DNA of 64,000 nt from Alphaproteobacteria bacterium (GTDB lineage Bacteria > Pseudomonadota > Alphaproteobacteria > CAAHEQ01 > UBA3637). The notes below the pieces were generated by a model. That model had not been told where the DNA came from. It did not search any database and was given only the letters and a program-made list of their open reading frames with translations. Of the stretch, positions 19,275 to 30,594 are shown in pieces. Every line of letters begins with the position of its first letter. Within the stretch, counting starts at the first letter, position 1. A program made the translations under genes and the position numbers. The stretch covers positions 3,878 through 67,877 of the forward strand of contig JAFYHG010000030.1 in NCBI GenBank assembly GCA_017539265.1, given 5' to 3'.

Positions 19275-20495
19275 TTAAAACATCAATGTCGCCCTAAGTG
19301 AACTCACCGTTGCTGTTTTATGTTTCGGATTAGCCCCGGGGTTGATATAGAATTGAATATCGGGTGTTAGTGTTAAAAAATTGGAAACACCCCATGCCCA
19401 ATAGGCTTCTAATACGTTTTCAACCGACCGTGTACCGGCTCCGTTCACTGATTTGTTTAATTTATTGATCGCCCCCGCCAGTCCGATTTGATCCAGGGCA
19501 TTTCGTCCCAAGGGATTATTGCGAACCATTCCCAAAACATAGGATTGCTTAATGGTGTTTAGGGAGTTACTGGCCCCGTTGATACGGGCAAAAACAGCCC
19601 ACTCTGTTCCAAAATTTTGTTGTAAATTCAGGCTCCACCCGTTGCTGTCGCTGGGCTGCAGGTCAACCGATGGTTGATAGTAATATAATAAACTATAGGT
19701 GCATTGGCCGATGCCCTCAATGGTCGGCGAATAGGTCAAACTGCCGAATGCGGTATATTTGCCTTTACCGAATTTATGAATACTGATACTTTCGCCCGAG
19801 ATATTGTGTGCATCCTGAAGGCCGGCCGAAAAACTCCATGCACTTGTCGGTGCAATGGTGATATAGCCCCCTAAACTTGCCGACGGATAGGTATCGGACG
19901 CGTTTTGCGATAGCGCCAGATTAAGGAAGTTCACTTGTTGGTTGGCATCATAACTGCCGCCGTCAAAGTTATACATCGGGAATTGGCCGACGGTTATGGA
20001 TACACTATCCAATTTTCCTGGTAATTGATGGGTATAACTTAACTCGTCAAAATAGTTTGCATTTGTTGTGTAATCGTTAAAGGAAGAAATAACCCCGATA
20101 CGGTTATTGATTCCTTGGGCGCTTTTTCCCCAATACCGAACGGCCGTATAGGCAATTTGTGCTGACCCGCTGCCAAAGGTATCGGAATGAAACATATCCC
20201 AGTTCGCTGTGCCATAGTATTGTGTTTGCCAAGGTGTTCCTTTCCCGTTTGGGGCCGCGCGTTGGCCCAAAAAAGAAACATCAATCGAATACGTCAGGCC
20301 TGCCTGTTGGCTTAACCACTGTTTAAAATTGGCATAGTCGCGCTCTAGAGTTTTTTCGGCCGCAAAGAAATCCCGATAAAAACCATAGGTTCGTCGTGCT
20401 TCGCCTCCTTTTTGCGTGGGTTTCAGGTCCGCCATCGCACTTGTTGCCGTTAGTATTAAGCCTAAAATGCATAAATTTTTGATTAGATTTTTCAT
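19275..20495 (-). CDS. outer-membrane porin, OprB-like family
   Basis: signal peptide, beta-rich alternating pattern, C-terminal ...ATLMF ending in Phe. Confidence 0.4.
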   Translation of the reverse strand: MKNLIKNLCILGLILTATSAMADLKPTQKGGEARRTYGFYRDFFAAEKTLERDYANFKQWLSQQAGLTYSIDVSFLGQRAAPNGKGTPWQTQYYGTANWDMFHSDTFGSGSAQIAYTAVRYWGKSAQGINNRIGVISSFNDYTTNANYFDELSYTHQLPGKLDSVSITVGQFPMYNFDGGSYDANQQVNFLNLALSQNASDTYPSASLGGYITIAPTSAWSFSAGLQDAHNISGESISIHKFGKGKYTAFGSLTYSPTIEGIGQCTYSLLYYYQPSVDLQPSDSNGWSLNLQQNFGTEWAVFARINGASNSLNTIKQSYVLGMVRNNPLGRNALDQIGLAGAINKLNKSVNGAGTRSVENVLEAYWAWGVSNFLTLTPDIQFYINPGANPKHKTATVSSLRATLMF

Positions 20496-20643
20496 ATTTC
20501 CCCCTTATAAAACTATATCCAATATAGGTCAAAATAGGGCAAATAAAAGCCAGACCAAAGTCGGTTATTAAACAATCGTGAATAGATTTAAATTGTAGTG
20601 TTTTATAAAAACTTCCTCTGGTGCAGAGGGCGTTTTTAAATGG

Positions 20644-23600
20644 TTAATTAAAAATCTTACCCAATATCCCCGGTGCCATAGAGTTTAACGGGTGGAAGGT
20701 TACTTCCGGATCGGATAGTTTCCCCTTTATGTCATACTTCGCACCGATTAGGCCTCCGGCCTCGCTATCCTTAAACAATGCCCCGATTAAGGGAATCTTC
20801 CCCGGTAGGCTGTTAATCATATAGGCCGGTATCACCGATCCTGTCAGAGAAAGACTGGATCCTGTTACATTTCCCATAAAGGTAATGCCCAAACTGTTGC
20901 CGGCCAGATAACTTTCCATCAATTCTAAATTCAGGCTTAAATCGGGCTTTAATTCAAATTGAACCAATCCTTCGGAAAAGAGCAGGTCTTTCCCCCGAAT
21001 GGCATCTACAATGCCCAAGATGGTGGAGGCTTGAATCAAAAATCCCGGTTCCGTCATCACAATATTTTTGGTTTCAATCTCGCCCTTAAATCCGCCCAAA
21101 GGTTGTTGTTTGGCCGATAAGGATAAATCGCCTTTTGCCATTTTTTCCGTTACGCCGATATGTGCCAATAATGCTCCTAAATCCGGTGTGTGTGCCGTTA
21201 CCATATCTTTTTTCTGCAGATACGATAGGTTAAATGGTGCCCCTGCCATTGCATTTAGGCTTAGATTTTGCCACCGATTATCTTTCTTAAGGCCTTTTCC
21301 CATTAAGGTCGTGATGGGTTTTCCGTCGGCCAAAATCAACCGGTCCAAAGATATGTCAAAAGAAATATTTCTGGGGAATTCGAACGGTTTTGTTTCCTCC
21401 TTTGGATTATCCGGTAAGTCATATAATCCCGCCGCGTTCCATGATTTTCCTTTAACATTTAAGGTTACCCCTTGTTTGTTCGAAGAAACGGATGCCGTCA
21501 TATTTGTCTTAGGCGCGATAACTTCATTTAGGCCGACTTCCCAACCTAAATCCGAAAAAGTTCCCTGCCCACCGATTTGAATGGGATCCAATGACTTTTC
21601 ATCGGCAAAACCTTTGAACGCGTAATGAATGTCTGTTTTTCCTTTTTCCTGCTTTAAGTTTAGGTCTAAATTCGCCGAAATATCAAACGGTTTTGTTGTC
21701 GATAGGGGACAGATATTTAAAAACGCTTTTTTAAAATCAATATTGACATTTCCCGTGACGGTGCCGCCGGCGGTTGCTTTAATATCGGCTTTTAATACGG
21801 TTTCACCTTTGATATATCCGGTTGTTTGCGGGAAAGCGGCCGCCAATTTTTCATCTGTTAAATTTGATGAAATTTCATAATCGGATTGAATATCCGTCGG
21901 CTTGCCCGCGGTAAAAGATTCTGTCCACTTTAAATTCAGCGGTAATCCCATTATTTCGCCCGTTCCGGCCAGGGTTAATTTTTGATTATCCACCGTTAAA
22001 TCCAACTGCCCCTTTTTCAAGTTTGTATTATCAAAAACTGTGGGGAAAATGCCGTCTGTGATCTTGGCCGTTACATTGGCTTTAACCTTATCCGTTGTTA
22101 AATCATCAATCAAAGGAAAGGCCAAATCTGTATGAACGATTGCATTTCCGCCGGTTTTTTGAGGATCAAGCCCAAACATTTGCGGAAATTCTAACGGTTC
22201 TTCGGCAATTAAAGTCATGGCTTCTTTGACCGGCCCCGAAATATCCAAAATGATTTTAGCATTTGATACATCGTTTTGCAGTTCCGTTAGGTCAATCACC
22301 GCTCCAGTTAGGTTTAAATTCCAAATTTTTCCTTTATCGCCTGTAATTAAAACACGATCGGGATACAGTTTGACAACGCCGGCAAAACCTTGAACAGGTG
22401 TCATTTCATCTAAATATCGAACTTCCGCATCCGTAACTGGTAATTCCCCATACAGGTCTGTTAACTCTCCACCCGTAAAATAGAGGGTAAATTCGGCCTT
22501 TTGAACGGTTCCCTTTTGAAGGTTCTTCTTAACCCATGCATGGGCGTCCGGTCCCGTTGCCACCGGCCAAACATCCGGCACTTTTGATAAGGGCAAACTG
22601 CTTATATCGGCTTTAAGGGTTGTTTTAACCACGTTTAAATCTCCCTTTGATAAAAATTCCCCGATGCCGGAAACATTAACCTGTAGATTGGCGGTTGGAC
22701 CACCCTTTAACTCAACAGTTGATTTCGCAATTTTAATATTATTCAGATCCGAATCAATCGCCCCGTTAATAACAAGTGAGTCAATAGCATAAAGATTTGT
22801 TAAAGGTTCCGGTAAATTCAGGGTTCCGGCTTTAACGGTTTTAATTTGAAAAGCCCCCTCTTTGAAGCAGGTAATGATATCCTGACAAGTCTTACCAAAA
22901 TCAAAAATACCTTTTAATTTTCCCTGAATGATTAAATTTGCGCCTTCTAAAAACGGTAAATCACGTCCTAAATCTTTTAAGTCAAGGGTATCAAATTCAA
23001 TTTCAAAGCTCATTTTTTTGTCAAATCGGTTTAATTGTGCATCGGCTTTTATCGGTGTTTTTTGATTTTGGATATTTAGAAATGCCGATGCCTGCATTGC
23101 GTGATGGAAACCTTTTTGGCGTTCCAGATATAGGCTCATTTCCGTTAAAGATACTTTCTGATTTTTTTGGTTATCCTCTACCTGAACGGTTGTGTTTTCC
23201 ATGGAAAGGGAACGGAAAGATAAGATTTTTTGAATAATTTGAGAAATTAAATCGGATTCTTTAACGGATAATCCAATTTCTTTTTGCGAAGTTGCTTTCG
23301 GCGTTTTTTGAATGCCGTCGCCATACAACCTAGCTCCTCCGTCTTCCCCGATCATCAGATATAATGTCGCATTTTTGATTTGTAGATCGCTCGGCACGTA
23401 ATTCAATGTCAGAACATGCTTTAAGTTGTAAGAAAATTCAACGTTCGGTAGTTCCAGAATAGGTGTATTGTCCTTGTTTGCTACGGTCATATTTGTAATA
23501 TCAATGTGAAACAATCCCTTGCGTTCAAAAGCAGCCCTTAAGGTAACGGAATTAGCATCTAGTTTTAATCCCGATTCAGCCGGTAAGACGTACTTTTCTA

Positions 23601-23739
23601 TGGTCTTCAGATAATCTTTGATTTCAACAGGATGGACATATAGTAACCCAAAACCAAGGCCCCCAACCACCAGGATCAAAGCCACCGAAACTTCAATTGT
23701 CTTGAAAAGAAAATGTAACAAACCTTTAATTATCCTCAT
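20644..23739 (-). CDS. AsmA-family (AsmA/TamB/YhdP-like) large envelope protein
   Basis: N-terminal TM anchor, 1031 aa beta-rich periplasmic body; overlaps the PiT start by 4 nt. Confidence 0.45.
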   Translation of the reverse strand: MRIIKGLLHFLFKTIEVSVALILVVGGLGFGLLYVHPVEIKDYLKTIEKYVLPAESGLKLDANSVTLRAAFERKGLFHIDITNMTVANKDNTPILELPNVEFSYNLKHVLTLNYVPSDLQIKNATLYLMIGEDGGARLYGDGIQKTPKATSQKEIGLSVKESDLISQIIQKILSFRSLSMENTTVQVEDNQKNQKVSLTEMSLYLERQKGFHHAMQASAFLNIQNQKTPIKADAQLNRFDKKMSFEIEFDTLDLKDLGRDLPFLEGANLIIQGKLKGIFDFGKTCQDIITCFKEGAFQIKTVKAGTLNLPEPLTNLYAIDSLVINGAIDSDLNNIKIAKSTVELKGGPTANLQVNVSGIGEFLSKGDLNVVKTTLKADISSLPLSKVPDVWPVATGPDAHAWVKKNLQKGTVQKAEFTLYFTGGELTDLYGELPVTDAEVRYLDEMTPVQGFAGVVKLYPDRVLITGDKGKIWNLNLTGAVIDLTELQNDVSNAKIILDISGPVKEAMTLIAEEPLEFPQMFGLDPQKTGGNAIVHTDLAFPLIDDLTTDKVKANVTAKITDGIFPTVFDNTNLKKGQLDLTVDNQKLTLAGTGEIMGLPLNLKWTESFTAGKPTDIQSDYEISSNLTDEKLAAAFPQTTGYIKGETVLKADIKATAGGTVTGNVNIDFKKAFLNICPLSTTKPFDISANLDLNLKQEKGKTDIHYAFKGFADEKSLDPIQIGGQGTFSDLGWEVGLNEVIAPKTNMTASVSSNKQGVTLNVKGKSWNAAGLYDLPDNPKEETKPFEFPRNISFDISLDRLILADGKPITTLMGKGLKKDNRWQNLSLNAMAGAPFNLSYLQKKDMVTAHTPDLGALLAHIGVTEKMAKGDLSLSAKQQPLGGFKGEIETKNIVMTEPGFLIQASTILGIVDAIRGKDLLFSEGLVQFELKPDLSLNLELMESYLAGNSLGITFMGNVTGSSLSLTGSVIPAYMINSLPGKIPLIGALFKDSEAGGLIGAKYDIKGKLSDPEVTFHPLNSMAPGILGKIFN

Positions 23740-24725
23740 AATTGATTTCCTATCATCATTAAAAGAAAACTAAGACTACCGGATATCACCGGCACGATAA
23801 ACCAAGATATTACAATGCGTCCCAAAACCGTATAGCGTAACCCGTATCCACCTTTAGCTACGGAGATACCGACAATAGCCCCAACCATCACATTTGACAT
23901 CGGTATCGGTACCAGAGGGAAAGTCGGTAAGTGGCAAAATTTTAAAATATATCGAATTGTTTCCATGGAGAAGCAAATCATACTGACGGCAGTGCCCAGC
24001 ATTACCACAAATCCTTCCGTCGGGGATAGGGGGACAAGTTTGCGTCCCACGGTTTCAATCACTTTTTTATCCGCCATCAGGCATCCCACCCCAATCGCGC
24101 CGCAAACCGTGGCGGTTATGGTTAGTTTTGGAAAGGAATCAAAAACGGACAGAAATGGCCCTGTCATGGTTCCGATGTTATTTGCCCCCAAAGCGTAAGC
24201 TGCTATAATCCCTGATGTTATCAAAAGGATTCTTAACATTAAATCCCGCTTAATCAAGGAAATCGGATGAAATATCAGCATCCTTCGCACGCCCTTCATT
24301 AGGATAAAACTGATACCGGCGGCAATAATCGGTGCCCAAATCCAAGCCCCTACAACGCTTTTTATCAGGTTCCAATCCGTATCAAAGTTGTGGTAAAGAT
24401 TCCACCCAACCATTGCCCCGACGATCGTTTGAACGATAGAGGCCGGAATGCCCATATGCGATAAAATATCCATTACGATAATAGCCGAAACGAAAATTAC
24501 AATGATATCTATGGGGGTTCTGAAATCACTGATGGCCAATACGCTGGATGTTGTGGCCGAACCGCTTATAAAGGCACCGACGGTAACGAAAAGGGCGGCC
24601 AGAACCTCGGCTGTTTCCAAATTGACCATGCGTGTCCCCACAGCCGTTCCGAACAGGTTACTGAGGTTATTTTTCCCCAGAGCCCATCCTAAAATTAAAA
24701 CCCCGATTAAGACCAATGTCATCAT
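23736..24725 (-). CDS. pit: inorganic phosphate transporter, PiT family (short form)
   Basis: GKNNLSNLFGTAVG ~ GANDVANAFGT signature; duplicated halves. Confidence 0.8.
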   Translation of the reverse strand: MMTLVLIGVLILGWALGKNNLSNLFGTAVGTRMVNLETAEVLAALFVTVGAFISGSATTSSVLAISDFRTPIDIIVIFVSAIIVMDILSHMGIPASIVQTIVGAMVGWNLYHNFDTDWNLIKSVVGAWIWAPIIAAGISFILMKGVRRMLIFHPISLIKRDLMLRILLITSGIIAAYALGANNIGTMTGPFLSVFDSFPKLTITATVCGAIGVGCLMADKKVIETVGRKLVPLSPTEGFVVMLGTAVSMICFSMETIRYILKFCHLPTFPLVPIPMSNVMVGAIVGISVAKGGYGLRYTVLGRIVISWFIVPVISGSLSFLLMMIGNQL

Positions 24726-25366
24726 ATTGCGTGCTTCACCACAAATACGGATAATGAATCAGCCATATCTTCGGCCATATCGGATATTTTTTCAATACTG
24801 TAGATAAATTCTTTCAGCTGCAGTTGCCGGCTTAAGGGCAATTTTAAATCCTGAAAGACCTTTTTCTTAAGGGCCATCGCCTGTAAATCCACCTGATGCT
24901 CTAATACCGAGACAGCCCATATAATATCCGTCACGGATCGACCGGCCATGGCGGCCTTCATACTGTCTATTAACGCACTGACACATTGGACGTTTGTGAT
25001 AATCATGTGGGATAGGTCGGCCTGAATTTCGGTCGGAATCTTGGGTTGTTCCACGGATATTAAAATTAGGTCTGTTTCATATTTATTGATGATTCTATCA
25101 CATCCTTCAATCAAACCCAAAATATCGGATCGCATATCCGGTAACAGTAAATGGGCATACAGTTTATTTTCCACTTCGCGCCTAAGGGCATCATTTTCGG
25201 CCTCAAGGCTGCTTACTTTTTCCCTTAGATGCGTGAATTTTGTTTTGTTCCCGCTTTTGAAATAGCAATTTAAGGCCAAAATCAACAATTCCCCGCCATG
25301 AATTATGTTATTTAAAAACAGGTTGATTTTTTCTTCCAACACTTTTGTTTTATGAAATAATTCCAT
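24722..25366 (-). CDS. DUF47 / PhoU-like Pit accessory protein
   Basis: about 210-aa helical protein immediately upstream of, and overlapping, the short PiT gene (classic pair). Confidence 0.7.
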   Translation of the reverse strand: MELFHKTKVLEEKINLFLNNIIHGGELLILALNCYFKSGNKTKFTHLREKVSSLEAENDALRREVENKLYAHLLLPDMRSDILGLIEGCDRIINKYETDLILISVEQPKIPTEIQADLSHMIITNVQCVSALIDSMKAAMAGRSVTDIIWAVSVLEHQVDLQAMALKKKVFQDLKLPLSRQLQLKEFIYSIEKISDMAEDMADSLSVFVVKHAI

Positions 25367-26477
25367 TTACCCCTCCTTTTTGTTTGCAAGTGCGGCTAAT
25401 GATGCGCGCATAAAACCGTTTAAATCACCGTCTAAAACACCACCCGTGTCCGATGTTTCATAATCGGTTCTTAAATCTTTAACCATTTGATACGGTTGTA
25501 AAACATAGGACCGAATTTGGTTTCCCCAACCGTTATCTCCTTTGGCGGCCTCAATTGCACCCTGTTCGGCCCGCCGTTTTTGAAGCTCCATTTCATAAAG
25601 CCGCGCTTTTAGCATCCGCCAGGCCTCATCGCGGTTGGCAAATTGGCTGCGTTGGGTTTGGCAAGCCACCACAATACCGGTCGGTATATGTGTAATCCGA
25701 ATGGCGCTTTCCGTTCGGTTCACGTGCTGACCGCCGGCACCGCTGGCGCGATAGAGGTCAATCCGGCAATCAGCCGGATTAATATCAATTTGGATGGAAT
25801 CATCGACCACCGGATAAACCCAGACTGAAGCAAAACTGGTATGCCGTCTGGCATTGGAATCAAAAGGTGATATTCGCACCAGCCGATGAACCCCCGATTC
25901 GTATTTCAACCATCCGTATGCATTTAACCCTGAAAATTTTAAGGTAGATGATTTAATACCGGCTTCTTCGCCTTCACTTTCTTCTAAGAGTTCCACTTTG
26001 TATCCGTTCTTTTCACCCCAATGCATATACATGCGGCGAATCATATCGGCCCAATCTTGCGCCTCTGTCCCACCGGCACCGGAATGAATTTCCAAAAAGG
26101 CGTCATTTCTGTCTCCTTCTGCGGATAACAGGCTTTCCAATTCGGCTTCCTGAATTTGAGGTTCCAGTGCCGTAAAGGTATTTTCTGCTTCGGTCAGCAA
26201 TTCGGGCTCATTTTCGTTTTCGGCCATTTCTATCATATCAAAGGTATTAATGACCTGTGTTTCAAGCTCCTTTACCCGCGCAATTTGGGCCGATAGGGTG
26301 TTACGTTCACTCATCAAACGTTGGGCTTTATCGGGATCATCCCACAGGTTCGGATCCGCCGTTAAGGCATCCAATTCCTCTAGCCGTAACAGGGCATTAT
26401 CCCAGTCAAAGACGCCCCTTAAGAAGCGTAATTACTTCTCTGTATTTATCGTTTAAGGTTAAAATTTCAGATTTCAT
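25367..26477 (-). CDS. prfB: peptide chain release factor 2, requires a programmed +1 frameshift at CTT TGA C (TGA at 26408-26406)
   Basis: ATG 26477-26475 with RBS AAGGAGAG; 23 codons [23 protein letters not shown] then an in-frame TGA; the +1 frame continues [22 protein letters not shown]... into the 335-aa ORF with SPF and GGQ motifs. Confidence 0.9.
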
Positions 26478-26486
26478 TTACTCTCC

Positions 26487-28874
26487 TTAATACATACCGC
26501 CCATATCGGGTTGGCTGTTGTCGGTTTCGATAACGATATCACGCCCGCCGATAATCGGGGTGGGCTTCGTCAGGTCGGTCCCTTTTTTGAATGCTTCCAT
26601 AATTACGTTACTTTCCCCCGGTGCCGCCAATTTACCGGTGGTGGCGTTTACGCGCACCAGGTCAACCGAATCTGGCACACGGAAGGGGATATCCGATTTA
26701 TCTTTCAGGGCTTCCGTCATAAAATCACGGAAAATCGGGCCGCTGACGACACTGCCGGTTTCATTGGGGCCTAATGTTGCGGGATTATCAAATCCGACCC
26801 AGACGCCGGCAACCAAGTCCGGTGAAAATCCGATGAACCAGGCATCAATACTGTCATTACTGGTCCCGCTTTTGGCACCGATTGTTTTTTTTATGCTTTG
26901 CGCGATTCGCCCCGTTCCTCGTTCCACCACGCCGGTTAAGATATTTACCATTTGATAAGCACTGGCGGGATCTTGTATTTGCTCCCGTGTGTCGGGCAGT
27001 TGCGGTCTGTCTTCGGGGTTGGCGGTGTCGCCTTGGCAATTTTTACAGGTGCGAGTATCATGCTTATATATGGTTTTGCCGTCACGGTCTTGAATCCGGT
27101 CAATCAGGGACGGTGTAATATATTTTCCGCCGTTTACAAGCATACCATAGGCCGTTGTCAATTTCATCAATGTTGTTTCACCCGATCCCAAAGCGGTTGA
27201 CAACACCGGTTCCAGTTTATCCGAAATCCCGAATTTTTTCCCGTAGGCTAAAATTTTCGACATTCCGATAGCTTGTGCCAACCGAATCGTCATCAGGTTT
27301 CTTGATTTTTCAATTCCGACCCGCATGGTTGTCGGCCCATAGAAGTTTTGTGAGAAATTTTTGGGTTTCCATTTTGTGCCGTCGGGATTTTCCATAACCA
27401 ATGGGGCATCCAGTATCAGGCTTGATGGTGTATATCCCGAATCGAGCGCAGCCAAATACACAAACGGCTTAAAGGAGGATCCGGGTTGGCGGTTGGCTTG
27501 AATGGCGCGATTGAATTGATTCTTTTCAAAGGAAAATCCGCCCGCCATAGCCAAAACACGTCCCGTATGCGGGTCAAGTGCAACAAGGGCCCCTTCAACT
27601 TCGGGTATTTGACAAAGGGTATACTTACCTTTGTTTTCTTCCGTCAAAATAACATCTCCGACTTTTAGGACATCCGACACTTTTTCCGGATTTTTGCCGA
27701 ATCGTGCTTCAGGCAGTTGCGGGCGCGCCCATTCCAAATCCGCCAACAGCATTTCACCGGTTGTATCGTCCGATAATTTTAACGTTGCCTTATCTTTTGC
27801 CACTTCCGTAACAGTGGCATATTTCCATGTATCAGGCACATAGGTCGGTACCTTGTTTTCCTTGATAAATTTCTCGGCTTCGGCCAAATCGTCAAAATGT
27901 TGAGGGGCGCCGCGCCAACCATGTTTTCTATCATAAGCCATCAGGCCATCCCTTAAGGCTTTTGCCGCCGCTTTTTGAAGGGTAGGGTCTAGTGAAGTTC
28001 GAATAAACAATCCGCCGGTATAGATAGCGTCATCTCCATAATTTTTGGCGACGAATCGGCGGACTTCTTCCGCATAATAACCCGCATCGGCCAGCATATC
28101 ATTTTCCCGATTTGCCATATGAATGGGAACTTCCATGGCTGCCGTTGCTTCTTCCCAAGTGACATAGCCTTCTTCGGCCATCCGGCGCAGGACCCAATCG
28201 CGCCGTTTTTTGGCTTCTTCGGCTTTCTTGATGGGGTGATAATTGTTGGGGCCTTTGGGAAGTGCTGCCAAAAAGGCAACCTCATCCAACGTCAGTTCCG
28301 ACATAGATTTATCAAAATAATTAAGGGCTGCACTGGCGACACCATAGGAACCGATACCCAAATAAATTTCATTCAAATAAAGCTCTAAAATATGGTCTTT
28401 TGTATAAGTTTGTTCGATTTTGCGTGCCAATAGGGCTTCTTTAATTTTGCGTGATAGTGATTGTTCGGACGAAAGCAGGAAATTTTTGGCTACTTGTTGG
28501 GTAATGGTTGAGGCGCCGACTTTACGTTTACCTTGACCTAAATTTTTGATATTTACCAAAACGGCCCTTACGATGCCGGCCACATCTATCCCGCCGTGTG
28601 CATAAAAAGTTTTATCCTCTGCCGCAATAAAGGCCGACCGGAGCAGGGGTGGGATTTTACCCACCGGCACAAAGATTCGCTTTTCCGTTGCATATTCCGC
28701 CAACATTGAGCCGTCCGCCGCATAAAGCCTGCTGGTAATTTGGGGCTTATAATCCGCCAGTTGATGATAGTCTGGCAATCCCATTGAATAGTGTAAAATC
28801 ACAAAGAATAACAGTGCCGCTACCACAAAGCAGACAAAGAAAAAAAGACTAACCAAAGTCGAAAAGAATTTCAT
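26487..28874 (-). CDS. mrcA: penicillin-binding protein 1A (bifunctional transglycosylase/transpeptidase)
   Basis: GT51 motifs EDKTFYAHGGID..., RKIKEAL; SxxK transpeptidase domain. Confidence 0.9.
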   Translation of the reverse strand: MKFFSTLVSLFFFVCFVVAALLFFVILHYSMGLPDYHQLADYKPQITSRLYAADGSMLAEYATEKRIFVPVGKIPPLLRSAFIAAEDKTFYAHGGIDVAGIVRAVLVNIKNLGQGKRKVGASTITQQVAKNFLLSSEQSLSRKIKEALLARKIEQTYTKDHILELYLNEIYLGIGSYGVASAALNYFDKSMSELTLDEVAFLAALPKGPNNYHPIKKAEEAKKRRDWVLRRMAEEGYVTWEEATAAMEVPIHMANRENDMLADAGYYAEEVRRFVAKNYGDDAIYTGGLFIRTSLDPTLQKAAAKALRDGLMAYDRKHGWRGAPQHFDDLAEAEKFIKENKVPTYVPDTWKYATVTEVAKDKATLKLSDDTTGEMLLADLEWARPQLPEARFGKNPEKVSDVLKVGDVILTEENKGKYTLCQIPEVEGALVALDPHTGRVLAMAGGFSFEKNQFNRAIQANRQPGSSFKPFVYLAALDSGYTPSSLILDAPLVMENPDGTKWKPKNFSQNFYGPTTMRVGIEKSRNLMTIRLAQAIGMSKILAYGKKFGISDKLEPVLSTALGSGETTLMKLTTAYGMLVNGGKYITPSLIDRIQDRDGKTIYKHDTRTCKNCQGDTANPEDRPQLPDTREQIQDPASAYQMVNILTGVVERGTGRIAQSIKKTIGAKSGTSNDSIDAWFIGFSPDLVAGVWVGFDNPATLGPNETGSVVSGPIFRDFMTEALKDKSDIPFRVPDSVDLVRVNATTGKLAAPGESNVIMEAFKKGTDLTKPTPIIGGRDIVIETDNSQPDMGGMY

Positions 28875-29025
28875 GATTTACACCTATTTCTAAAATTTCG
28901 CTCACACATTACCTTTTTTTTTTAAAAAAAGCAAGGATTTTTTCGTACTTCATTTGGAATAACCGAAAATAAAAAAGTAAAAAATACTTTTGTCTGAAGT
29001 TGAGGAAACTTCGGCCTTAAAAAAT

Positions 29026-29295
29026 CTATCGGATGATGGATGGTGCTTGGCGTTTTTGACAAGCTCTGGCGATAGACGGATGTCTACTAATTCGGTTTGA
29101 TGGGAACCGATCGTTTTGTTCGGATTGTTTATCGTCTGTGATAACGGCTTTTTCGATTCTATAGTTTTTTTCCATTAGAGGCGCATTTATCGGATACTCT
29201 TCAAAAAAATTATTGAAAGCGTCTGAATCATCATTTCCGCGCACAGAATGAATTGTAGCGTTATCAATATAAAGTTCAATCATTTTCTTTATCAT
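29026..29295 (-). CDS. small hypothetical protein (questionable)
   Basis: 89-aa ORF in AT-rich spacer, weak RBS, low-complexity C-terminal half. Confidence 0.25.
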   Translation of the reverse strand: MIKKMIELYIDNATIHSVRGNDDSDAFNNFFEEYPINAPLMEKNYRIEKAVITDDKQSEQNDRFPSNRISRHPSIARACQKRQAPSIIR

Positions 29296-29436
29296 GTGTA
29301 TATCCTTTTAAGGCATTATATCATAAATTGAAAATGCTGTCCAGTACTTTTTATGTAACATTATAAACCAAAGTTTTTCTTGCTTTCCGAAAAAGCCTGT
29401 GTTATAAATTTTCCGAAGATTAGAAAGGAGAATAGT

Positions 29437-30174
29437 ATGCTTGATTTTACGGATAAAACAGCTTTAATTACCGGTGCAACCGGCGGTATCGGCCGCGAAA
29501 TTGCTCGGGTTTTGCATCGGCAAGGTGCAACTTTGGCCTTGACGGATATGGATTTGGAAACCCTAAAGGCTTTTCAGGAAGAGTTAGGCGGTCGGGTTTT
29601 TATCTATCCTGCAAATTTAACGGATTCGGCTAGTCTTGATACACTTGTGAAATCAGCCGAAAAAGATATGGGTAAAATTGATATCTTAATCAATAATGCC
29701 GGTATTACCAAGGACGGTCTTTCCATGCGGATGACCGATGAACAATGGCAAAAAGTGTTGGATATCAACTTGACGGCCGGTTTTAAACTGGCACGTGCCG
29801 TTATCCCGGGTATGATGAAGCGGCGTTATGGTCGGGTTGTCAGTATGGCCTCGGTTGTAGGGGTTGCCGGTAATGTGGGGCAAGCCAACTATGCGGCCTC
29901 CAAAGCCGGTCTTATTGCTATGAGCAAGTGTATGGCCCAAGAATTGGCGGGCAGAGGGATTACATTTAACTGTGTTGCCCCCGGTTTTATTAAAACACCG
30001 ATGACGGATGTCTTGCCGGATGCAGCCAAAGAAGCCCTGTTAAAGAGGATTCCTATGGCCCGATTGGGAACAGCGACAGATGTGGCAAATGCCATTGTCT
30101 TTTTAGCTAGTGAGGAGGCCTCTTATATCACGGGCCAAACAATCCATGTAAATGGGGGTATGGCGATGTTTTAG
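29437..30174 (+). CDS. fabG: 3-oxoacyl-ACP reductase
   Basis: TGATGGIG Rossmann motif, YxxxK; ATG at 29437 with RBS AAAGGAG (ORF-track start at 29380 is upstream). Confidence 0.9.
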   Translation: MLDFTDKTALITGATGGIGREIARVLHRQGATLALTDMDLETLKAFQEELGGRVFIYPANLTDSASLDTLVKSAEKDMGKIDILINNAGITKDGLSMRMTDEQWQKVLDINLTAGFKLARAVIPGMMKRRYGRVVSMASVVGVAGNVGQANYAASKAGLIAMSKCMAQELAGRGITFNCVAPGFIKTPMTDVLPDAAKEALLKRIPMARLGTATDVANAIVFLASEEASYITGQTIHVNGGMAMF

Positions 30175-30341
30175 ATATTTTTTGCCTTAAAAAGTGTTTA
30201 TCTAACTTATTGAAAAATATGAAAATGATTTTCTTTTTATGCAAAAAGTAAAAAAAATACTGGACGAGGCAAAAAAAATGTGCTAGAACAATTCACGATT
30301 TCGTCAGAAATGACAAAAATTAAACAGAAAGGAATATAAAA

Positions 30342-30575
30342 ATGAGTAATATTGCTGAACGCGTCAAAAAAATTGTTGTGGAACACTTGGGTGTTGATGA
30401 AGCAAAAGTGCAAGATAATGCCAGTTTCATTGATGATTTGGGTGCCGACAGCTTAGACACCGTGGAATTGGTAATGGCATTTGAAGAAGAATTCGGATGC
30501 TCTATTCCCGATGATGCTGCTGAAAAGATTCGGACCGTAAAGGATGCAATAGACTTTATTGAAAAACAAGCTTAA
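30342..30575 (+). CDS. acpP: acyl carrier protein
   Basis: DLGADSLD phosphopantetheine site. Confidence 0.95.
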   Translation: MSNIAERVKKIVVEHLGVDEAKVQDNASFIDDLGADSLDTVELVMAFEEEFGCSIPDDAAEKIRTVKDAIDFIEKQA

Positions 30576-30594
30576 CGGCTTTTAGGGTTTCATC

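Noticed and set aside
26511-27200. Cluster of plus-strand ORFs (87, 145, 78 and 82 aa) antisense to mrcA
   Set aside because: They lie inside the well-supported PBP1a gene; no RBS; compositionally odd translations.
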